A stretch of DNA of 64,000 nucleotides, from contig JAJEEE010000077.1 in the NCBI GenBank assembly GCA_022821145.1, positions 24,795 through 88,794 of the forward strand. Direction: 5' to 3'. This document shows, one piece after another, positions 57,866 through 64,000 of the stretch. Position 1 is the first letter of the stretch. Each line of letters starts with the position of its first letter. This stretch comes from Acidobacteriota bacterium (GTDB lineage Bacteria > Acidobacteriota > Terriglobia > 20CM-2-55-15). The position numbers and the translations under genes were made by a program. Under the pieces are notes generated by a model. That model searched no databases. It saw only the letters and a list, made by a program, of their open reading frames with translations, and was not told where the DNA came from.

Positions 57866-58812
57866 GGGAAACGGGAGACGCCGCCGACGGTCCGTTGCAG
57901 GCACTGGAGCGGGAGCTCCACGAGCTCGCAGGCGGATCGGGCGACGCGGGCGCGGGAGGCCGGATCGAGGAACTCCGGTCCGAGATCCGCCAACTTCGGC
58001 AGGACATGTTCCAGCGAATGACCGCCTACGACAAGGTCCGCCTGGCGCGCCACCCCGACCGGCCGTACTTCCTGGACTACGTGGACGCCATCTTCGACGA
58101 GTTCGAGGAATGGCACGGCGATCGGAACTTCGCCGACGATCCGGCGATCGTGGCGGGTTTCGCATTCTACAAGCAACGGCCGGTGTGCCTCGTCGGCCAG
58201 CAGAAAGGGCGCGACACCAAGCAGAGGAAGTTCCGGAACTTCGGGATGCCGCACCCGGAAGGGTACCGCAAGGCGCTCCGGATCATGAAGTTGGCCGAGA
58301 AGTTCTCGCGGCCGGTCCTGACCTTCATCGACACGCCCGGGGCGTATCACGGGATGGGGCCGGAAGAACGCGGTCAGGCCGAGGCCATCGCGTTCAACCT
58401 CCGCGAGATGGCGGCTCTTCGCGTTCCGATCGTGGCCACCGTGATCGGGGAGGGCGGCTCGGGCGGGGCTCTCGCGATCGGCGTGGCGGACCGCGTCAAC
58501 ATGTTGCAGTTCTCCATCTACTCGGTCATCGCTCCGGAGAGCTGCTCGGCGATCCTCTGGCGCGACCAGGAACACGCCGCCGAGGCCGCCGAAGCCCTGA
58601 AACTGACGCCCGAGGACCTCCAGCGGTTCGACCTGATCGACGAGATCGTCGCCGAGCCCGACGGGGGCGCCCACCACAGCCCCGACACGATGGCCGAGAC
58701 GCTGGCTTCGATCCTGGACGCGCAGCTTCTCGAGTTGGACGCCCTGCCGGTGGACGAACTGCTGTCCGGACGGTATCGGAAATTCCGGCGGATGGGGGAA
58801 TTCGGCGAATGA
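57862..58812 (+). CDS. accA: acetyl-CoA carboxylase carboxyltransferase subunit alpha
   Basis: ARHPDRPYFLDYVD...VGQQKGRDTKQRKFRNFGMPHPEGYRKALRIMKLAEKF...FIDTPGAY is a canonical AccA. Coupled to dnaE by an ATGA overlap (the dnaE-accA adjacency also occurs in E. coli). Confidence 0.9.
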   Translation: MRETGDAADGPLQALERELHELAGGSGDAGAGGRIEELRSEIRQLRQDMFQRMTAYDKVRLARHPDRPYFLDYVDAIFDEFEEWHGDRNFADDPAIVAGFAFYKQRPVCLVGQQKGRDTKQRKFRNFGMPHPEGYRKALRIMKLAEKFSRPVLTFIDTPGAYHGMGPEERGQAEAIAFNLREMAALRVPIVATVIGEGGSGGALAIGVADRVNMLQFSIYSVIAPESCSAILWRDQEHAAEAAEALKLTPEDLQRFDLIDEIVAEPDGGAHHSPDTMAETLASILDAQLLELDALPVDELLSGRYRKFRRMGEFGE

Positions 58813-58846
58813 ACCGCGTGGCGGCGCCCTGAGCCCGGAGCGTTCC

Positions 58847-59461
58847 ATGTCGTCGCCTTTGCGCAAGCCCGATTCGGAACCCGCCGCCGTCCCCATCGAG
58901 ATCAAGGCCGCCGCGGATCTGCGCTTCATCCGCCAGACGATGGAACGCGCCAGCGCGTTCACGGCGGTCCCGGGCTGGGGTGTCGTCGCCATGGGGCTCG
59001 TGGCGCTGGCGGCCGCCGGGGCGGCGGCTGCAACGTCCACGATGGGCGGGTGGCTCCGGACATGGATCGCGGCCGCCATGGTCGCCATCGGGATCGGCGC
59101 CGCGGCCATGGTCCGGAAAGCGCGTTCCGATCGGGTCTCGATGAGAAGCGCGTCGGGGCGGCGATTCGTTCTGAGCCTGTCACCGCCGCTGGCCGCGGCC
59201 GGTTTGCTGACGTTCGCCGTATACGGAAGCGGCTTCGAACCGCTTCTGCCCGGGCTGTGGCTGTTGCTGTACGGCGCCGGCGTGATCGCCGGCGGTTCGT
59301 ACTCGGTTCCCATCGTTCCGGTGATGGGTCTGGCGTTCATGATCCTGGGCGCCGTCGCGTTGCTCACGCCGTTCGAAACCGGCCGGCTCCTGATGGTCGC
59401 CGGTTTCGGCGGCCTGCACGTCGTGTTCGGCTGGATCATCGCGAGGAGGCACGGTGGCTAG
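58847..59461 (+). CDS. hypothetical membrane protein
   Basis: 204 aa with ~5 hydrophobic helices. Non-repetitive. No family recognised. Confidence 0.5.
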   Translation: MSSPLRKPDSEPAAVPIEIKAAADLRFIRQTMERASAFTAVPGWGVVAMGLVALAAAGAAAATSTMGGWLRTWIAAAMVAIGIGAAAMVRKARSDRVSMRSASGRRFVLSLSPPLAAAGLLTFAVYGSGFEPLLPGLWLLLYGAGVIAGGSYSVPIVPVMGLAFMILGAVALLTPFETGRLLMVAGFGGLHVVFGWIIARRHGG

Positions 59462-59837
59462 ACACGGCCGGTTGGCGCCGAGCTCCGCGGGGCCGGGCGG
59501 GGTCCCGCCCGACGCGGGCGCCCGCACGCCGGACTCGATCACGACGACGTCGCGCCTGGACCGGCGGATCCACGAGCCCGTCCGGCTCGGAATCGTCAGC
59601 GCGCTCGCCGTGAACGCCAGCCTGTCGTTCCGGAACCTGAAGGATCTGCTGCACACGACCGACGGCAATCTCAGCGTCCACGCCCGGAAGCTCGAGGAGG
59701 CCGGCTACATCCGCTGCTCCAAGCGTGTCGTCGGAGGGGCGTCCAAGACCGAGTTCCGGATCACGGCCGCCGGACGCCGGGCGTTGGAGGACTACCTGGA
59801 GCACATGGACGCCCTGATCCGGGCGACCCGCTCGTAG
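59454..59837 (+). CDS. winged helix-turn-helix transcriptional regulator (MarR/PadR-like fold)
   Basis: The C-terminal ~90 aa reads RIHEPVRLGIVSALAVNASLSFRNLKDLLHTTDGNLSVHARKLEEAGYIRCSKRVVGG...EFRITAAGRRALEDYLEHMDALI, the typical wHTH pattern. GTG start 8 nt inside the upstream membrane-protein gene. The N-terminal 35 aa is low complexity, so the start is uncertain. Confidence 0.55.
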   Translation: MARHGRLAPSSAGPGGVPPDAGARTPDSITTTSRLDRRIHEPVRLGIVSALAVNASLSFRNLKDLLHTTDGNLSVHARKLEEAGYIRCSKRVVGGASKTEFRITAAGRRALEDYLEHMDALIRATRS

Positions 59838-59885
59838 CCCCGCCGCGTTTTCGGTGATAACATCGAATGTGGACGAGGAGGGAGC

Positions 59886-60839
59886 ATGCTGATCAGGAAA
59901 CCTGACGACGTCCGACCATCCGAGATCACCCCCGAAACCCTGTATCGAAACCGCCGCGACTTCCTCAAGGCCGCCGGTTTCGCATCGGTGGCCTCCGTGG
60001 CGGGACTCGGCGTCTCCGGCTGCGCCGAAGCCGAGGTCCGGGCGGCGTCCCAGTTGGGCCCGTACGACACGGACGAGGAGCAGACGCCCTACGAAGCCGT
60101 CACCGGCTACAACAACTTCTACGAGTTCGGCACGGCGAAAGACGAACCGGCGCGGTACGCCCACACGCTGCAGCCGCGGCCGTGGACGGTCCAGGTCGAC
60201 GGCCTTGTCCGGGATCCGAAGACCTGGGATCTGGACGACCTGCTGGCCGGGTTCACCATGGAAGACCGCGTCTATCGCATGCGATGCGTCGAAGGGTGGT
60301 CGATGGTCATCCCGTGGTACGGCTTCCCGATGGCCGGCCTGATCAACAAGCTGGAGCCGCTGCCCAGCGCGCGGTACGTCCGGATGGAAACGCTGGTGGA
60401 CGAGGAACAGATGCCGGGTCAGCGGCGCGGGTTCTTCGGCTACACCCTGGACTGGCCCTACGTGGAGGGCCTTCGCATGGACGAGGCCAGGAATCCGCTC
60501 ACGTTCATGGCCCTCGGCGTCTACGGCCGGGAAGGACCCAACCAGAACGGCGCCCCCATACGGCTGGTCGTGCCATGGAAATACGGCTTCAAGGGCGTCA
60601 AGTCCATCGTCCGGATCAGCTTCGTCGAGGACGAGCCCCTCAACACCTGGCAACAGGAGAACTCACGCGAATACCGGTTCTTCGCCAACGTCAACCCCAA
60701 CGTCGACCATCCCCGTTGGAGCCAGGCGCGCGAGCAGCGTATCGGCGAGCTTTTCAAGCGCGAGACGCTCATGTTCAACGGATACGCCGACCAGGTCGCG
60801 CACATGTACGAGGGCATGGATCTCCGGCAGTTCTTCTAG
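59886..60839 (+). CDS. msrP: protein-methionine-sulfoxide reductase catalytic subunit (molybdopterin oxidoreductase YedY)
   Basis: Tat signal RNRRDFLKAAGFASVA, then YNNFYEFGT...RCVEGWSMVIPWYGFP...RLVVPWKYGFKGVKS, a canonical MsrP. Confidence 0.85.
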   Translation: MLIRKPDDVRPSEITPETLYRNRRDFLKAAGFASVASVAGLGVSGCAEAEVRAASQLGPYDTDEEQTPYEAVTGYNNFYEFGTAKDEPARYAHTLQPRPWTVQVDGLVRDPKTWDLDDLLAGFTMEDRVYRMRCVEGWSMVIPWYGFPMAGLINKLEPLPSARYVRMETLVDEEQMPGQRRGFFGYTLDWPYVEGLRMDEARNPLTFMALGVYGREGPNQNGAPIRLVVPWKYGFKGVKSIVRISFVEDEPLNTWQQENSREYRFFANVNPNVDHPRWSQAREQRIGELFKRETLMFNGYADQVAHMYEGMDLRQFF

Positions 60840-60857
60840 TCGACATACAACGTCCAC

Positions 60858-61472
60858 ATGCGCAGGGAACCGTTTCTCAAATGGGTTGCCAAGCCCGTGG
60901 TGTTCCTGCTCTGCCTGTTTCCGGCCGCCCGGCTGGCGTATGACTTCTTCACGGGCGGCCTGAGCTTCAACCCGATCGACGACGTCACCGATATCTCCGG
61001 GCGGTGGACCCTGAGGTTTCTCCTGATCACTCTGGCCGTCACGCCCGTCCGGCGCCTCACCGGGTTCAGTCCGTTGACGCGTTTCCGCAGGATGATCGGC
61101 CTCTTCGCGTTCTTCTACGCGATGATCCACCTGGCGATGCACGTCATCTTCGGCTTCGTCTTCGACATCGGGGCCGTGCTCCGGGACATTCCCCAGCGCC
61201 CGTTCATCACCGCGGGCTTCCTGGCGTGGATCGCCATGCTGCCGCTGGCGCTGACGTCGACGCGGGGGTGGATCGCGCGGCTCGGCGGCCGCCGGTGGCA
61301 ACGCCTGCACCGGCTGGTCTATGTCAGCGCGGCCGCCGGCGTGATCCATTACTTCTGGAACTACAAGGTCACCGAGCCGGGCCCCGTCCTCTACATCGGC
61401 CTGGCCGCGCTGCTGTTGGGGTTTCGCCTCGTGACCCGCATGCGCTCTCGTTCGGGACCGTCGGCCGTCTGA
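60858..61472 (+). CDS. msrQ: protein-methionine-sulfoxide reductase heme-binding subunit
   Basis: Membrane b-type cytochrome with conserved His (IHLAMHVIFG ... AGVIHYFW) and the FLLITLAVTPVRRLTG motif of YedZ/MsrQ. Confidence 0.85.
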   Translation: MRREPFLKWVAKPVVFLLCLFPAARLAYDFFTGGLSFNPIDDVTDISGRWTLRFLLITLAVTPVRRLTGFSPLTRFRRMIGLFAFFYAMIHLAMHVIFGFVFDIGAVLRDIPQRPFITAGFLAWIAMLPLALTSTRGWIARLGGRRWQRLHRLVYVSAAAGVIHYFWNYKVTEPGPVLYIGLAALLLGFRLVTRMRSRSGPSAV

Positions 61473-61476
61473 GGGG

Positions 61477-62190
61477 ATGCTTCCGACCCCCGCGCCCGAG
61501 CCGGTTCCGCGCCCCGGACGCCGCTACCGGTACTACGACCTGGTGATGGCCGCGTTCGTGACGGTCCTGGTCTGCGCGAACGTGATCGGCGCGGCCAAGG
61601 TGACGACCGTTGGCGGTTTCGCGTTCGGGGCCGGCGTCCTGTTCTTCCCGATCAGTTACATCTTCAACGACGTTCTCACCGAGGTGTACGGCTACGCCCG
61701 CGCGCGGAAGGTCGTCTGGGCGGGCTTCGGGGCCCTGATCTTCGCGTCGCTGATGAGCTTCGTCATCGTGGCGCTGCCGCCCGACGGCGACTGGCCGGAC
61801 CAGGCGGCCTACGAGACCGTCTTCGGCCAGACCCCGCGGATCGTGTTCGCTTCGATCGCGGCGTTCTTTGTCGGGGAACTCTCGAACTCCTTCGTTCTGG
61901 CCAAGATGAAGATATGGACACGCGGACGGTTCCTGTGGACGCGGACGATCGGTTCGACCATCGTCGGCGAGGGGGTGGACTCGGCCGTATTCTACCCGGC
62001 CGCGTTCTACGGGGTCTGGACGAACGATCTTCTGATCGAGGTGACGATCGCCAACTACCTGATCAAGGTGGCGTGGGAAGCGCTGATCACGCCGGCCACG
62101 TACAAGCTCGTCGCCTTTCTCAAGCGCGCCGAGCGCGAGGACTACTACGACTACGACACGAACTTCACGCCGTTCTCGATCCAGGTTTGA
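61477..62190 (+). CDS. yhhQ: queuosine precursor transporter (YhhQ/DUF165 family)
   Basis: YYDLVMAAFVTVLVCANVIGAAKV...FFPISYIFNDVLTEVYGYARARKVVWAG is the conserved YhhQ family sequence. Confidence 0.8.
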   Translation: MLPTPAPEPVPRPGRRYRYYDLVMAAFVTVLVCANVIGAAKVTTVGGFAFGAGVLFFPISYIFNDVLTEVYGYARARKVVWAGFGALIFASLMSFVIVALPPDGDWPDQAAYETVFGQTPRIVFASIAAFFVGELSNSFVLAKMKIWTRGRFLWTRTIGSTIVGEGVDSAVFYPAAFYGVWTNDLLIEVTIANYLIKVAWEALITPATYKLVAFLKRAEREDYYDYDTNFTPFSIQV

Positions 62191-62226
62191 CGCGGGGGCC
62201 GGGGCCGGCCCCCGCGACTCCCGGGT

Positions 62227-62658
62227 TCAGAACGGCACGTCGTCGTCGGTGATGGCCGGCGCGCCGGCAGCGCCGGCGTCGGCTTCCGTCGACGCGGGGC
62301 GGGAACCGCCGCCGCTGCCGCTGCGACCGTCCAGCATCATCATTTCGCGGGCCCGGACCTCGAACGACGTCCGCTTGTTCCCGTCCTGGTCTTCCCACTC
62401 TCGGGATTGCATCTGGCCTTCGATGTAGACTCGTTGACCCTTCGCCAGATACTGGCCGCAAATCTCCGCCAGCCGCTCCCAGGCCACGATGCGGTGCCAT
62501 TCGGTCTTTTCCCTGGTTTCGCCGCTGGTCCGGTCTTTCCAGACGTCGTCGGTCGCTATCGAGAAACGGCAGAAAGCGGTGCCGCCCGCCGTGTACTTGA
62601 CTTCGGGATCGCGGCCGAGGCGGCCGATCAGGATCGCCTTGTTGATGGATCTTGCCAT
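62227..62658 (-). CDS. ssb: single-stranded DNA-binding protein
   Basis: MARSINKAILIGRLGRDPEVKYTAGGTAFCRFSIATDD OB fold. Gly-rich linker. Acidic tail ending DDDVPF. Confidence 0.9.
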   Translation of the reverse strand: MARSINKAILIGRLGRDPEVKYTAGGTAFCRFSIATDDVWKDRTSGETREKTEWHRIVAWERLAEICGQYLAKGQRVYIEGQMQSREWEDQDGNKRTSFEVRAREMMMLDGRSGSGGGSRPASTEADAGAAGAPAITDDDVPF

Positions 62659-62701
62659 GGGGTGTCTTTCCTCGGTGGTGCCGGCGCCGGCAAGCGCGGG
62701 T

Positions 62702-63481
62702 TCAGTCGCCGAGCGCGTCGAGCTCCTCTCGAGCGCGTGTGCCTTGCGTGCTGTCGGGAAACGTCGCGGCGAGCTGCTCCAGAACGTCGCGCGCCTCGGG
62801 TTCCATGTCGCTTGCCAGCAGAGCCAGACCTTTCTTCAAAAGGGCGTCCGGAATTCTATCGCTTCCCGGATACTTCTGCAGCACGAAGTCATACTCCAGG
62901 ATCGCGCGCTCGTAATCGCCCTCGTCGTAGTAGGCGTCTCCGATCCTCATCTGCGCGAGCGGCGCGTCGGGGCTGTCCGGATACAGGAAGAGGTATTCCT
63001 GGAAGCCGTCCCGCGCGAGCTCGAAATTCCCCGTGAACAGGTCCACCTGGGCCTCGCGCAGGAGATTCTCCGGGGCAGCCAGATCCTCGGTCGTCGCGCT
63101 GAACGCGATCATCTGCTGCGACACAGCGGCCACGTCCGCCTGCATGCCGACCAGCGTCCGGTCCACGCGCTCGACATTGGCGGCGATATTGCCGATTTCG
63201 ATCCGGAGCTCTCCGCTCAAGCGGTCGTTGCTCGCTCGAATCTCGTCGACTGTCGCGACCATGCCGTCCAGCGCGTCCGTCACTCCGGTGACGCGGTCGA
63301 ACGTCTGCTCGACGAGTGACTGGAGCTCGCTGTTCCGCTCGTCGAGCGTCCGCTGGACCTCGCGCACCTGTTGCTCCAGGTTGATGATGTCGGCCGACAA
63401 TTCCAGGATCTCCTGCCGCTGGAGGAGCAGTGCCGGCGGCGCAAGGAAGAGGGCCGCGGCAGCCGGTATCAATGTTCGCAT
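62702..63481 (-). CDS. cpoB: Tol-Pal system protein YbgF/CpoB (coiled coil + TPR)
   Basis: Signal peptide. N-terminal coiled coil. C-terminal TPR repeats (AQMRIGDAYYDEGDYERAILEYDFVLQKYPGSDRIPDALLKKGLAL). Lies immediately downstream of pal. Confidence 0.8.
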   Translation of the reverse strand: MRTLIPAAAALFLAPPALLLQRQEILELSADIINLEQQVREVQRTLDERNSELQSLVEQTFDRVTGVTDALDGMVATVDEIRASNDRLSGELRIEIGNIAANVERVDRTLVGMQADVAAVSQQMIAFSATTEDLAAPENLLREAQVDLFTGNFELARDGFQEYLFLYPDSPDAPLAQMRIGDAYYDEGDYERAILEYDFVLQKYPGSDRIPDALLKKGLALLASDMEPEARDVLEQLAATFPDSTQGTRAREELDALGD

Positions 63482-63611
63482 CGTCTGCCTCCTTGGGGCG
63501 GCGCGGGCTCAAACGAATGAAGCCGGCCCGCGCCGTCCGAGGGTTCGGGAACGGTTCAGGCCGGCTTCACGACGACTGGCGGTGCTCGCCGATATCGATT
63601 CGGCCCCGCGG

Positions 63612-64000
63612 TTACCGCATCGAGAACTCCCCGCGACGGTTTTCCTGCCAGCACTCCTCGTTCGAGTCGGCGCACACGGGACGTTCCTCGCCGTAACTGA
63701 TCGTGTTGATCCGGGCGGCGGCGATCCCGTTTTCCTCGAGGTACTGGCGTATCGCGTTGGCGCGGCGGTCCGCCAGCGCGACGTTGTATTCCTGCGTGCC
63801 GCGCTCGTCCGCGTGGCCGCCGACCGTGAAGTTGACGCTCGCGTTCTCCTGAAGGAATCGCAGGTTGCCCTGTAGACGCTCCACCTGGTTGGCGCGAATC
63901 TCGGACCGGTCGTAGTCGAAGTAGATCGGCACGACCGTTGTCTGGAACAGTTCCTCGAGAGTCGGACCCGGAGGCGGCGGAGGCGGCGGAGGCGGCGGAG
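63612..64000 (-). CDS. pal: peptidoglycan-associated lipoprotein Pal (OmpA-like domain), 5' end beyond window
   Basis: The C-terminal OmpA-like domain reads PIYFDYDRSEIRANQ...NFTVGGHADERGTQEYNVALADRRANAI...ISYGEERP. Upstream in frame is a poly-Pro linker encoded by (GGAGGCGGC)n at the window edge. The N-terminus lies outside the window. Confidence 0.8.
   Translation of the reverse strand, partial: PPPPPPPPPPGPTLEELFQTTVVPIYFDYDRSEIRANQVERLQGNLRFLQENASVNFTVGGHADERGTQEYNVALADRRANAIRQYLEENGIAAARINTISYGEERPVCADSNEECWQENRRGEFSMR

Noticed and set aside
63930-64000. Tandem (GGAGGCGGC)n repeat at the window end, possibly a microsatellite or CRISPR-like repeat
   Set aside because: It is in frame with the pal ORF on the minus strand and encodes a poly-proline linker (PPPPPPPPP) between the lipoprotein anchor and the OmpA-like domain. 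It is a coding low-complexity segment, not a repeat array.

Overview
This is a high-GC (about 68-70%) segment of a bacterial chromosome. It is densely packed with core housekeeping genes, and many neighbouring genes overlap by 1-4 nt at start/stop. The pal-ybgF pair, tatAC and msrPQ point to a diderm (outer-membrane-bearing) bacterium. I recognise these clusters:
- glycine cleavage gcvT-H-PA-PB
- peptidoglycan recycling ldcA-mpl
- tatA-tatC beside a tRNA-Ala(CGC)
- aroB-ubiE
- uppS-cdsA-dxr-rseP-fur
- pdxA-hfq-holB-tmk-thiI
- heme ccsA-hemA-C-D-dacB
- trpS-scpA-scpB-rluB
- rarA-trmH
- tsaC, mutS, tsaB-rimI
- psd-pssA-usg
- guaA-dnaE-accA
- msrPQ-yhhQ
- ssb and ybgF-pal

I found no mobile elements, CRISPR arrays or obvious defence systems. 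Most long antisense or overlapping ORFs in the track are high-GC artefacts. The observations worth follow-up are: an inactive-looking Asd paralog (USG-1 family) translationally coupled to the phosphatidylethanolamine genes and an unknown membrane protein; an Hfq-like protein with an N-terminal basic extension coupled to pdxA; a sharply AT-rich 70-bp patch inside guaA; several uncharacterised ORFs coupled to conserved operons; a MoaD-MoaE fusion; and a membrane-spermidine synthase fusion.
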